Origin: a virus
Taxonomy: Duplodnaviria > Caudoviricetes
Virus record (IMG/VR): IMGVR_UViG_3300018430_000021
Span: 128,001-192,000 of that record
Length of the DNA stretch: 64,000 nt
Strand: one strand, 5' to 3'
Within the stretch, counting starts at the first letter, position 1, and every line of letters begins with the position of its first letter. The notes below the pieces were generated by a model. It was not told where the DNA came from and did not search any database. It was given only the letters and a program-made list of their open reading frames with translations. Shown here piece by piece: positions 28,779 through 38,995 of the stretch. The position numbers were made by a program, and so were the translations under genes.

Positions 28779-29547
28779 AACACTTAACATTTACATTTCC
28801 GACCGCATGAGGAGCGCCAGTAACGATACAGTTTGGTAAGTTATTGACGAACTGTTTTGCCAGATTTTTACCGAGCTGAACTTCACCCGCCTCAGAATCT
28901 ACCATGATATTTCCGGTTTCAGAATGAATATTGATTTGGCCGGTAGACTGGGCATTGATATTTACAGCAAGTTCAGATTCTATTGTAACGCTTGCCGGTT
29001 GCGATGCACCGCCAGCAGTAATTGTAACAGCACCTAACGGACTGATAGAAATTGTAGTACCAGAACGGTGAACGAACTTGGTTTCACCGGTTGTACGATT
29101 CAATGTCATATATTCACCCATATCAGTCTGCATGAGAATCATCTTATTCGGATATTCTGCGGGATTGATAACGGGAGATTTTGCTTTTTCTGTAATGTCA
29201 CAGCTGAATGCGACAGAATCGAAAACTGGTTTTTGAATGTCGCCGTGGTCGAAATAACCGCGAAGAACTGTACCAGTTTCCGGAACGATGAAGTTACCGG
29301 CCTTGGAACCGAGATAGGAAATATCAGGAATAGCCCAAGGCAAGGAAGCTTCTGGAATATCATCATACTTACCGATAATAAGAACTTTTACACGTCCTCT
29401 AAAAAGCGGATCTTTATTATCGATAACATAGCCCGTCCAACGGTTATGGTCTTCAGGAATTTCATAACTTCCGTTTAAAAAGTCGTCAAAACTTTGACCG
29501 AAGTTTTCTCGAAAATGTTTATAAAGATCACTATCGTTTTTTAACAT
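28777..29547 (-). CDS. Baseplate central spike (gp5/gpV-like OB-fold plus beta-helix, no lysozyme domain)
   Basis: GYVIDNKDPLFRGRVKV...LPWAIP...VPETGTVLRGYFDHGDIQKPV OB-fold; HRSGT; Cys/His-containing tip LPNCIVTGAPH. Confidence 0.85.
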   Translation of the reverse strand: MLKNDSDLYKHFRENFGQSFDDFLNGSYEIPEDHNRWTGYVIDNKDPLFRGRVKVLIIGKYDDIPEASLPWAIPDISYLGSKAGNFIVPETGTVLRGYFDHGDIQKPVFDSVAFSCDITEKAKSPVINPAEYPNKMILMQTDMGEYMTLNRTTGETKFVHRSGTTISISPLGAVTITAGGASQPASVTIESELAVNINAQSTGQINIHSETGNIMVDSEAGEVQLGKNLAKQFVNNLPNCIVTGAPHAVGNVNVKC

Positions 29548-29555
29548 TTGTCACC

Positions 29556-30959
29556 TTACTTAATTAAACTACCTTCAGCAGTAATAGTGTCACGAACACC
29601 GATAATATTTATACTATACGAACCGTTAGCAACCCAAGTATGAACAAGTGAAGCGACAATATAATCACCAGTATGAACAGATACGTCATTCTGCGATGTT
29701 CCAGAAAAATCAATAGTGATTTTATCGGAAAGTTTTACTCGTTGATTCGGTTCATAATCTTTAAGAGTCTGTGTATTCGAATCATAGATGATAGATGCGA
29801 ATACTTGGAAAAATCTTCTGATTAAGGCCTTATTGTGTAATGGTGCTAAATCATAATATTGATGATTTTGTGCAAAGTGAACGTCGTTACTTATCTTGTT
29901 AATATTTTGAACATTCGATGTTGCACGGTTTGAAATACCGGTTACAAACGGAGGAGTAGTATCGCTATTTGAATATTTTCTGTAATGTTCTGGAATACTG
30001 AAAGCGCCAGAAATCATTTTTGTCAATACTACAGGTTTCATCGACAATAATTCAAAACCATGCATTGGGTTAAAAACATAGGATGCCGTTTTATTACCAC
30101 CGTCATTGACGATAAATCCCATATTTTGAACAGAACCTTCACTGTATGCACGATAATTTGATGCCGTAGTTTCATTGTTATTCTTTTGTAACTGGTGAAG
30201 CTTCGTAGTTTCCATATATCGACCGACAACAGATTTGTCGCCGCAAGTTCTAACAGAAGTTAGATAGAATTTTCCAGCTTTGTCAATATAGTAAAACGGT
30301 GCGTCGTCTTCGCCAAACCATGCATGACTTATAATTTTCTTGATAAACTGTTCATATGTATAATTTGTACTGAGCCAGTTCATCTTGTCTTTTGGGTCGC
30401 TTGTATATTGTGAAGATGGTTCATCGAAACCGGCTGCAGCAGCGACTTGTAATAATACTTCTTTACTTGAAAGCGATTCCGGCATAAGGTCCAACGGAGC
30501 AATCTTTCTTGGCCAGAAACATATATTGCTTAAGAAAGACAATGAACCATAAGTACAATCAAGAGTATAGTTGTAACGAATATTTGGCTGGAAAGTGGAC
30601 TGAACATCTTGGACCGTAAAGACGGATTCGATATATGGAGCCGGAGTAAAATCCAGCTTTATTCCTTCTGCTGGTCGTGGTGTAACTTTGATATAAAGTT
30701 TTTTACCGATTACAAAATTTATTTTTCTAAAATAAAGACCTGTATCAAAAAATTTGATATGAAGTTCTGGGAGGGAACCAAAAATGTTTTCGCTTAATGA
30801 AAAACTGAGAAGCTTTTCTGTTGGAATCAAGACACCAGATTTTTCCTTTTCATTATAATCGTAAAGAACGACAATATCGCAAAGCGAGCTTGTCTTTGTA
30901 GTACGATTTAATTCATCTGCTTCAGTTATACTGTAGATGACTTTGTTTCCGGTAGCCAT
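29556..30959 (-). CDS. Probable baseplate hub protein (gp27/late-control-D-like)
   Basis: FSLSENIFGSLPELHIKFFD N-terminus and HTGDYIVASLVHTW C-terminus; directly upstream of the spike gene. Confidence 0.55.
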   Translation of the reverse strand: MATGNKVIYSITEADELNRTTKTSSLCDIVVLYDYNEKEKSGVLIPTEKLLSFSLSENIFGSLPELHIKFFDTGLYFRKINFVIGKKLYIKVTPRPAEGIKLDFTPAPYIESVFTVQDVQSTFQPNIRYNYTLDCTYGSLSFLSNICFWPRKIAPLDLMPESLSSKEVLLQVAAAAGFDEPSSQYTSDPKDKMNWLSTNYTYEQFIKKIISHAWFGEDDAPFYYIDKAGKFYLTSVRTCGDKSVVGRYMETTKLHQLQKNNNETTASNYRAYSEGSVQNMGFIVNDGGNKTASYVFNPMHGFELLSMKPVVLTKMISGAFSIPEHYRKYSNSDTTPPFVTGISNRATSNVQNINKISNDVHFAQNHQYYDLAPLHNKALIRRFFQVFASIIYDSNTQTLKDYEPNQRVKLSDKITIDFSGTSQNDVSVHTGDYIVASLVHTWVANGSYSINIIGVRDTITAEGSLIK

Positions 30960-30960
30960 A

Positions 30961-31821
30961 TTAGATTCCTATTTCCATTCCTTTTGCGCCAGTTTCCCAA
31001 GAGGAGAGTTTTATCTTTTCGTCATTGAAAAACTTTAAAAGCGTTTCAGGTTTTCCGTCATTTTCAAAACACTTGAAACCGTTGTTGTTGACCATCAAGA
31101 GATACTTTACATTTCTTAAGTATATATAGAGCTGCATTGCGCCTACGATATTGAAAAGCGTATTATCTGATAAAGTATACCTGTAAAGCTTGGCAAATTT
31201 CTGAGCGATTGCAAGAGATTCCGAAGAGATATTCTGAAGTCTGCAAAGTAATTGAGAAAGTTTGCTCTGGTCATTGTTTGTATGTCTAATAAGTTCTTCA
31301 AGTTCTCTAGCGCAGTCACGGTTGAAAAATCTGTAATTAGTTCCGGTATTATAAACACCGAACGCCGCAGAAAGAACGTCATTATTCATCTGCTTATATT
31401 TGATACCGTCACCGCAAATTTCAGCACGAACACCCTTGACTTCGATTCGTGCACCCTGACTTGTATCAATCAAGTCACCTTCTTTTCCGCTAAAACAAAC
31501 ATTCTTGAAAGACGATACAAAAAGAAATTCGCCTTTACCGATAGCTGGACGTGCGGTTGTAATTTTTAATGCGTCTTCGATATAGCCATCGTTAAGATAA
31601 CCGTTCAAACCAGATCTTGTTAAAAAGTCATTCCATGAAATACCGCTAATATTTTGGAATTTAAAGGTATTTTTATTTAAAAATTCGAAAAAAGCTTCCG
31701 GAGAAGTTTTTAAATGTTTCAAAAGAAGCATGCCGTGTTGGTTGGCAATATCCTTATGTTTCCCGTATTTTTGCGGGGTCCAGAAGTCATTGAGAAGCTT
31801 GTTTAAACTATTAAAATCCAT
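30961..31821 (-). CDS. Putative PD-(D/E)xK nuclease-fold protein
   Basis: IGKGEFL...EGDLID...IEVKG motif arrangement. Confidence 0.5.
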   Translation of the reverse strand: MDFNSLNKLLNDFWTPQKYGKHKDIANQHGMLLLKHLKTSPEAFFEFLNKNTFKFQNISGISWNDFLTRSGLNGYLNDGYIEDALKITTARPAIGKGEFLFVSSFKNVCFSGKEGDLIDTSQGARIEVKGVRAEICGDGIKYKQMNNDVLSAAFGVYNTGTNYRFFNRDCARELEELIRHTNNDQSKLSQLLCRLQNISSESLAIAQKFAKLYRYTLSDNTLFNIVGAMQLYIYLRNVKYLLMVNNNGFKCFENDGKPETLLKFFNDEKIKLSSWETGAKGMEIGI

Positions 31822-31825
31822 ACAT

Positions 31826-31837
31826 TATTTATAAATA
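31826..31837. promoter_or_regulatory. Palindromic bidirectional late promoter serving two probable leaderless genes
   Basis: CAT-acat-TATTTATAAATA-tagc-ATG. Confidence 0.85.
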
Positions 31838-31841
31838 TAGC

Positions 31842-33722
31842 ATGGGTTTATGTAACGTCTATAACTTTTCCAATAATAGAACTGTTAAGCTTTCGGACTC
31901 ATATAGCGTTCAGGTAAAGCTTACTGATTTGGATATGGCTAAATTTAAAAGTGTTGTCGGTAAATATTCTTGGGCTACTGACGACATTTTGACATTGCCG
32001 GAATGTGTAAGCGTTACTATTCCAGAAGTATCGTTAAAAGCTGAAACTTACAAATACGGCAATAACTCTAAGGTATATGTTTATCCTGATTATGAAAAAC
32101 CGGATGATTTAAAGATTGAGTTAATCGAGCATGTAGTTGAAAGATATACAGATACGAATACAAAATATATCGGTGTCGTCGAGCTTTTGGTAAATATCTT
32201 TCTATCTAAACTGTTTGACGCCGCAACATATTCGTATAAGCTGACAGACTATATTCCAGAATTAAGAATCATTGTACATACTAATGATTTTACAGATAGA
32301 GTATGTTATTATACGTTCAAGAACTTGAAATTGTCATCATATTCAAAATACACATTGGATTATAGTAGTTCTGACCTTTGCAAGTGGTCATTGGTTTTCT
32401 CATATCAGGCTTATACACAAGAATTTAAACCGAATGCTATTCTTGCGGCTAATGACCTGTTTGGCGAAAACAAGTCTATTTCGATGTTCTCCGACCACGA
32501 AGAAGCACCTGTAATTGTAGAACCTGCAGAAGAAACGATTACTCCTTCTGAAGCTACTGCTACATTGGAACGTCCTGCTGATGAACCTACACCTGTAGAT
32601 ACTGAGACCGCGGAAAACAATACTGAAGCTATTGATACTCCGGTTAATCAGAATGATAATACCGATAAGATTGACGAATTGGCATATCAGATGATGCGCG
32701 GTAATCTCGGAAATGGAAAGACAAGAAAAGAAAATGCTAAGACTGCTGGATATAGCGATGAAGAAATTGCCGCAGCACAAGCTATTGTTAACCAGAAAGA
32801 CTGGAATGCACTCAGAGACCGTCATAACGCTCGTATGGATGCACAGGCTGAAGTAGTTACTGCTTCGAATTCTAATAAAGTGGAAACTACAGAACCAAGC
32901 GTTACTACACCTTCTAAAGCGGTTGAGACAACGCCGGTCAATACCGATGCTTTGGCTAATGCGGCTACTCTCGCAAATGCTAAGGATTTGACCGCCGCTA
33001 ATGAAGGTACTTCTACTGTAATGAAATCCGATACAGGAAAGGATAATAAGTTGACTGCCGGTTCTGACGATAGAATCGACGAACTCGCATATCAGATGAT
33101 GCGTGGTACTTATGATAACGGTAATCCTCGTATCAAGAAGACACTTGCAGCTGATTATACGAATGAAGAACGTAAGGCAGCACAGAAGATTGTCAATAAG
33201 AAAGAATGGAATGCACTTAAGGATCGTCATGATGCTCGTGTCGCTGCAGAAAACGAACGTAAGACTGAAGCTTTGGCAAATGCGAATAATGGATTGACAC
33301 GTGAACCGGTAAAGGAAGAAACAACCCCTGTTGTAGCAACAACCAATAATCTCGGTGGAGATTCTGCAGATGCGGCATATAAGGCAGCATTGGCTAAGGC
33401 TTCTGAAACTAAGCCTAAGGAAAATACCGTATTGGCCAGTGCAACGCCTACTCAGAAATCTGATACTCAGGAAAAGAAAACAAATACTGAGTCGATTTCT
33501 ACAAAGACTACAAAGACTAAGGAAGACGGAAAGATTGTAACGACAACCGCTACAGTCGCACAGTTTAAGGGTTTTGACGCAGACCGAGAAAAGAAGATTG
33601 GCGAATATGCAGCAAAACGTTATAAGGAAGAGCTAGCCAAGGGTAATGTAAAGAATACTCAGATGCTTATTGAAAAGATAGACATGGAAGCTCGTAATGC
33701 TTATGCTCAAGGAAAACTTTAA
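31842..33722 (+). CDS. Tail-tube-family (gp54/gp19-like) protein with a C-terminal extension bearing two Cpl-7 (CW_7)-like repeats
   Basis: ECVSVTIPEVSLKAETYKYG...LDYSSSDLCKWSLVFSYQ tube-like N-domain; 2x IDELAYQMMRGxxxNGxxRxxxxxxAxY...AQxIVN. Confidence 0.65.
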   Translation: MGLCNVYNFSNNRTVKLSDSYSVQVKLTDLDMAKFKSVVGKYSWATDDILTLPECVSVTIPEVSLKAETYKYGNNSKVYVYPDYEKPDDLKIELIEHVVERYTDTNTKYIGVVELLVNIFLSKLFDAATYSYKLTDYIPELRIIVHTNDFTDRVCYYTFKNLKLSSYSKYTLDYSSSDLCKWSLVFSYQAYTQEFKPNAILAANDLFGENKSISMFSDHEEAPVIVEPAEETITPSEATATLERPADEPTPVDTETAENNTEAIDTPVNQNDNTDKIDELAYQMMRGNLGNGKTRKENAKTAGYSDEEIAAAQAIVNQKDWNALRDRHNARMDAQAEVVTASNSNKVETTEPSVTTPSKAVETTPVNTDALANAATLANAKDLTAANEGTSTVMKSDTGKDNKLTAGSDDRIDELAYQMMRGTYDNGNPRIKKTLAADYTNEERKAAQKIVNKKEWNALKDRHDARVAAENERKTEALANANNGLTREPVKEETTPVVATTNNLGGDSADAAYKAALAKASETKPKENTVLASATPTQKSDTQEKKTNTESISTKTTKTKEDGKIVTTTATVAQFKGFDADREKKIGEYAAKRYKEELAKGNVKNTQMLIEKIDMEARNAYAQGKL

Positions 33723-33746
33723 GAATAAATAATAAGAGGTTTTATA

Positions 33747-34169
33747 ATGGATAAGGAAAATTTTTTAACATATTTGAAAGATAAGAATTCGGCCGACATT
33801 AAGTCTTTGTTTACTTTTGCAGTTGAAACTCTTAATTTCGCTAATCAGGTTCACATCTATCATTGGTCTTGTGAAAGCGGTTTTCATCATACGCATTTCC
33901 AGGAAATTTATGAGAAGCTCCGTGACTTTGCTGATAAGCTTGTTGAAATCTGCCTTGGTAAGGAAGAGTTCTCTATCAATCTGATTCCTGCAGATATTGA
34001 CGGAAAGATTTACAATACTGAAAACGCTCTTCGTAAGCTCCGTAAGTATATTGACGATTTGACCGTCGTCGCGAAGAAGTTTGAAGCTCAGACTGCAATT
34101 AATAATTTGATTACTGATACCATTGAAGCACTTGAAGGCGAATTCGGTTTAATTTCTAAATTCTCGTAA
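33747..34169 (+). CDS. Ferritin/Dps-like four-helix protein
   Basis: QVHIYHW...HHTHFQEIYEKLRDFADKLVE pattern matches the Dps-like HW...H...Y...D...E motif. Confidence 0.75.
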   Translation: MDKENFLTYLKDKNSADIKSLFTFAVETLNFANQVHIYHWSCESGFHHTHFQEIYEKLRDFADKLVEICLGKEEFSINLIPADIDGKIYNTENALRKLRKYIDDLTVVAKKFEAQTAINNLITDTIEALEGEFGLISKFS

Positions 34170-34179
34170 TAGGTAACTA

Positions 34180-35520
34180 ATGGCAATGATAAATTATACA
34201 CAGCCTGGTTTTAAACCACACATGGTTGGTTATAACAAGGCAGGTGATCCGGATAAGACTAATTTTGGTTATCCGCCGAAATATTATTTTGCCGGAACGA
34301 CAAGAGCTCTTTTGACAGCTTTTGGTAATTTCTTTAATGACATTTATATCGGTCGAAGAAATCAATACCAGGAAGTCGAAAAATGGGTTCGTGTTCCTAT
34401 CAAGTACGGTCCTAGAAAGAAGTCTCATGATTTCAGAACAGAACAGGAGACCGGAGAACCGGCATATATTTCGTTGCCAAATATAACCTATAAGCTCGAT
34501 GGCATTAGTTATGCAGCTGATAGAGATTCTGGTGTTTATGAAACTCGTGCATTCTATAATGATGTGTTGACTAGCGCTGGTATCGAATACGAAATGGAAG
34601 AACAGTTCTGGTCTGACGTTCAGCCAGCACCGATAAATCTGAATATTACAATGGAAATCAACTGTGAAGACATTGATGATGTGAATGATATTGGTGAGCA
34701 GATTCTTCCGAGATTCCGCCCAGCAGCGTTCTTAGCCGTAAAGGAATTCTGGTTCTTCAATAAACGTCGTTCTATCAAGCTTAGAATGAATGACCCTGGT
34801 ATTCAGATTGATAACGATGCAATGGGCGAAGAAGACCGTCGCGAAGTCAAGGGAACAATTACGTTTACAATCGAAGGTGTATACTACTTACCGATTAAGA
34901 CCGCGCAGATTATTACGAAAATCAATACGTTCCTTCAGACAGATAAGACTGCTGGTGCTTTATGGCATGCTCAGGCATTCGGTAATCCTAACGGAACACT
35001 TACACAGCCTCATGATTTCTCTAATGTATATGATACTCTCGTAACAAGCGCATACGTGCTTTCTGGACAGCCTGTAACCACTTGGGACGACAAGACTAAG
35101 ACTTCTACTACCGAATATTTTTACACGCGTACGAACCAATTAACGAGATATAATGCTGACGCTAAGTTGCTTGTTAAGGAAACAAAGCAATGGAGCCCTG
35201 CAGATCATCCACTTTATACTACTGAAGAACTGTATGATGATAAGAACTTCTGTTATTATACTTCTGCTGTTCCTCATTACGATGAATGGATAGAGAAAAA
35301 GGAATATATGTCGTTATCTGGTTTTGGTGATAACCAGGATGATACGATTAAATTCGGTAATAAGACAATGTATGATAAGTATTTCCGTCCGTTCTCTGCA
35401 TACTATTCAACATATACAGAAGAAGGAACTGTGAGTGGTATGAATTTCAATTTTGATACGCGAACACAGGAAGTTACGTATAGCGGTAAATACGATAAAT
35501 CAGAACCGAAATTAAAATAA
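34180..35520 (+). CDS. gp15: Tail completion/sheath stabiliser (T4 gp15-like) with C-terminal extension
   Basis: YYFAGTTRALLTAFGNFFNDI...VPIKYGPRKK, LPNITY and EQILPRFRP motifs. Confidence 0.85.
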   Translation: MAMINYTQPGFKPHMVGYNKAGDPDKTNFGYPPKYYFAGTTRALLTAFGNFFNDIYIGRRNQYQEVEKWVRVPIKYGPRKKSHDFRTEQETGEPAYISLPNITYKLDGISYAADRDSGVYETRAFYNDVLTSAGIEYEMEEQFWSDVQPAPINLNITMEINCEDIDDVNDIGEQILPRFRPAAFLAVKEFWFFNKRRSIKLRMNDPGIQIDNDAMGEEDRREVKGTITFTIEGVYYLPIKTAQIITKINTFLQTDKTAGALWHAQAFGNPNGTLTQPHDFSNVYDTLVTSAYVLSGQPVTTWDDKTKTSTTEYFYTRTNQLTRYNADAKLLVKETKQWSPADHPLYTTEELYDDKNFCYYTSAVPHYDEWIEKKEYMSLSGFGDNQDDTIKFGNKTMYDKYFRPFSAYYSTYTEEGTVSGMNFNFDTRTQEVTYSGKYDKSEPKLK

Positions 35521-35544
35521 AAAGGAGCTTTAAAGCTCCTTTTT
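35519..35544. terminator. Bidirectional intrinsic terminator
   Basis: aaaaaggagc-tttaaa-gctccttttt. Confidence 0.85.
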
Positions 35545-35545
35545 A

Positions 35546-38500
35546 TTATTGTCTATAAGAAATTGCAAATTCAGCATCAGCATTATTGATAGTATAATCA
35601 CTGTCACTACGGTCAGATACTCTGAAAATAATTGTATTTATACCATCTTGTCGAGATTCTTCTACAACCATAAAGTGTAAGCCATGTTCACGCGGTCCTA
35701 AAGACTGGTCAAATATAGCAGTTACATTTTTATTTTCTTCCAAATCTGTATCAGAGAATGTAAAACTCGAACCATAATAACTATTGACAGCTTCGAATAT
35801 AACAATAGGTCTATTATTACTATCTAATTCAAGTTCTGGAAGATTATCAATAACACAATCTTCTTCGGTTGTGATATATATATTTGCAGTAGTTTGCGGA
35901 TTAGAACCAGCTAATGGGTCATTTGCTTTATACATATATGTTCTATTATGTGCAGTGACCACATTTTCATTTTCATCTTCTTTTTCAGAACGTCTGAAAA
36001 CCTTAATCCAATCAGTATCTTTATAGGCAGGATCTCGACGACCATTCTTTTTCAATAAGTAATAATTTGTATCATCACCGGCAGCAAACCAAGTCAATTC
36101 AAATACTGGTGGTGTATAATTTTTATTACCAATAATTACATATGTACGTGCATTATATGTAGATACAATATCAGGTAATCCACCATCTTCATATATCAAG
36201 TAGTCAGTACCTAATGCGATTTTGAAATCTGCAATTTGAGCAAATAATGCAATAGGTGTATGTAATGTTTCATTATTATCAACATATGATTTGTTGAAAT
36301 ATGGTCCGACACCAACTTCTTCCAATACAGACTGAGCGGCACCCATCAAGTTAAGATAGAAACCGTTTGTCTCAGAAGTAATACCTGCATAAGTACCAAT
36401 ATCAAAAATCTTTTGCGACCACATATCTGAAGTTATAGATATGTCACCTAATGGTTCACGACCAAGAAAAGCGTCTATGAGTTTAACAATTTTTGTTTGG
36501 TCTTTAGGATCACGCATTGTTAAGTCTACTGGATTGATGGTATATACAGAATAATCTTCTAATATACAAGTAAGTGTACCATTAACAGTACACCATAACT
36601 CTGGCGGTTTATATCCATATTTTTGATTAAATCGTGTTTCTATATAACAGAAATTGATACCTATCTTTTTACAGAAGGAACGCTTAAGTTTTTCCTCAAT
36701 GGAGAATAGATTATTGTAGGCATTTTTAGAAGTTACAGCATAACCATTAGGTAGTAATTCACGTGGTTCAGTTCTGCCATCGATACTAAAGCGTGGTTTT
36801 TGTGTTGGCGTTTCCATATAAGCATGCTTGTTCAAGAATACGTCAGCATACTTATTTTTTGCTTCAGCGCCTTCGATCATCTCAACCCCGAAATCTTCAC
36901 CATAAGCATTATAACGCTTCCAAGTATATTTTACTTGTGCATCCAATGCATTGAACGGGAAAAATACTTTTTCAGCTCTTATTACGCCATCAAAGTTATA
37001 AATATTTTTACTGTCTGGAACAGTCCAAGTATGATTTACACCATTATCATCTGTCGTTTTTTTGGCAGCATAGGTGTCAAGTAAATTCCAGGTATACTTA
37101 TAGTTTCGAACTTCTTGAGAACCACCGAGCTTGTCGAGTAAGAAATCTTGGAAATGAATATCTGTATTTTCGACAAAAACATATGCAAGTTTTCTTAATA
37201 CACGGTGAATAGGCTTTATTTTAAGAACTAACTTGACTATATTATAGGAAAGTTCATTAAACTCCCTAAATGTCAAACCAGTGTCCATAACGTCTACATC
37301 GAAACGAGATGTAAGATAATAACGACCAATGTCAGAAAGCTTACCTAAGTTAGAATTATAACGTTCTGCATTTAATTCATCTTCACGTGCGAAAGATTCT
37401 TCGTGTTCGAAGTTATCTGTAATTTCTCGTGAAGACCAAATTTCGACAAGCTTTACACAAAGACCAATCTGATTCAAGATAAATTTGATACCTCTATAAG
37501 TACCAGCCATCTGGTTATAGTAAGGAATATTCTTATAGATGTCTTTGATAAAGCTATTAAGTTCCAAACCGGTAATATCGCGGAATACGTAATTCTTAAG
37601 AACTTCTGTATCGGTATCTTGTGGGTCTGCCGCTCTTCTTAGACTTCTATTTGTCGAATTCGTTTGGGTTTCTTCCTCGGCTGGAGGCGGCAACTGTTTA
37701 TTTCGAAGATAGAAATTCAAGTCGTCATTGTTCGGCTGAACATTGATACCATACTGCTTACGATAAAGGTCAATAAGTGGGGCTTCCATGGCCTTAATAT
37801 CGTCGAAATTGTTAATACGTGCAAACTTTTCAAGAATACTGATATGTTTACCGTTTGTCATGGAAGTATAAACGGTATTAAAGAAATCTTCAGTAGACTG
37901 AACGAATGAAGCATAATTATCGTTCTTTAAATATTTCGGAACATTCTGTTTGAACTTAATTAAACGGCCTTCAGTTGCGCCAATCCATTCACCGTCCATT
38001 GCAGTAGCAAATGTTTTAGCTTTCAAGGTACCGTCAATTTCTGTGTTATTTACGGCAAGCCAAGCACTTACAACTACATAACCGGATTCATTGATAGGTC
38101 TTACATAGAATGTTGCTGTACCAGTTGTAGAATCATAACGATAATCATCGATAACACCAATACTATCATCTTCCAAAATTACTGTAGGTGCAATATCAAA
38201 TAATTCGGAATTAGGATTCTGAACAATAACTTTGACAGAACCTTCATTAGGCGGGTATACGATTCTGTTTTCAGGAACAGGATCTGTAAATGTAATAATA
38301 AGCGGAGTTACATCACCAATATCATTTTTATTAGTGATAGTTTTCCAAGTATATTCAGTATTGAAAGTTACCGTATTTGCGGCAATATTCCAGACTGTTA
38401 CATAAATCTGACCTTTACCAGGAACTTGTTGTTCGGCAACAATACCATTTAACATATCATCTGTAAGTTTGCTACCATCAACACATACATAGAATGTTAA

Positions 38501-38992
38501 AGTATAAAGGTCAGCATTTCGAGAAATCGAAATGTCTTTAACTGTACCATTAGAAGTAATTAAATTTTTACCACGATTTACTTCATAAAGCGTTAATGGT
38601 TCAGTCTTGTTTAACTTAATGGATAAGTTACTTGGATCTATTGGAGTTTTAGATTCAAATACGATAGTACAACGGTGAACACCAGGAGTAATTGCTTCTT
38701 CGTCATTTTGTGCATTATCGTTTTCAAGTATACTGTTGATACTTGTATATTGAATATTGGAAGATTTTACTACAACAGGAACTTTGTCAATATAAACATT
38801 CTTTACGGAAGAACTCATGACAAAGGACGAAACATCGCTATCAAAGAAAATTGTTCCAGCCGGATATTTAGATTTATCCGTTACTGGTGTTCCATCTGGA
38901 TTATACAGTTGAGTATATTCGAATTTCCAGCTACCGTCGAAGGAACGCCAGTTTGAAAAAACACCGATTGAAGAGTTAAATGTTAATGCCAT
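35546..38992 (-). CDS. Baseplate wedge protein (gp7/tail-I-like) with an N-terminal Ig-like module
   Basis: VPKYLK...FVQSTEDFF, YKNIPYYNQMAGTYRGIKFIL and KIKPIH motifs. Confidence 0.6.
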   Translation of the reverse strand: MALTFNSSIGVFSNWRSFDGSWKFEYTQLYNPDGTPVTDKSKYPAGTIFFDSDVSSFVMSSSVKNVYIDKVPVVVKSSNIQYTSINSILENDNAQNDEEAITPGVHRCTIVFESKTPIDPSNLSIKLNKTEPLTLYEVNRGKNLITSNGTVKDISISRNADLYTLTFYVCVDGSKLTDDMLNGIVAEQQVPGKGQIYVTVWNIAANTVTFNTEYTWKTITNKNDIGDVTPLIITFTDPVPENRIVYPPNEGSVKVIVQNPNSELFDIAPTVILEDDSIGVIDDYRYDSTTGTATFYVRPINESGYVVVSAWLAVNNTEIDGTLKAKTFATAMDGEWIGATEGRLIKFKQNVPKYLKNDNYASFVQSTEDFFNTVYTSMTNGKHISILEKFARINNFDDIKAMEAPLIDLYRKQYGINVQPNNDDLNFYLRNKQLPPPAEEETQTNSTNRSLRRAADPQDTDTEVLKNYVFRDITGLELNSFIKDIYKNIPYYNQMAGTYRGIKFILNQIGLCVKLVEIWSSREITDNFEHEESFAREDELNAERYNSNLGKLSDIGRYYLTSRFDVDVMDTGLTFREFNELSYNIVKLVLKIKPIHRVLRKLAYVFVENTDIHFQDFLLDKLGGSQEVRNYKYTWNLLDTYAAKKTTDDNGVNHTWTVPDSKNIYNFDGVIRAEKVFFPFNALDAQVKYTWKRYNAYGEDFGVEMIEGAEAKNKYADVFLNKHAYMETPTQKPRFSIDGRTEPRELLPNGYAVTSKNAYNNLFSIEEKLKRSFCKKIGINFCYIETRFNQKYGYKPPELWCTVNGTLTCILEDYSVYTINPVDLTMRDPKDQTKIVKLIDAFLGREPLGDISITSDMWSQKIFDIGTYAGITSETNGFYLNLMGAAQSVLEEVGVGPYFNKSYVDNNETLHTPIALFAQIADFKIALGTDYLIYEDGGLPDIVSTYNARTYVIIGNKNYTPPVFELTWFAAGDDTNYYLLKKNGRRDPAYKDTDWIKVFRRSEKEDENENVVTAHNRTYMYKANDPLAGSNPQTTANIYITTEEDCVIDNLPELELDSNNRPIVIFEAVNSYYGSSFTFSDTDLEENKNVTAIFDQSLGPREHGLHFMVVEESRQDGINTIIFRVSDRSDSDYTINNADAEFAISYRQ

Positions 38993-38995
38993 ACG

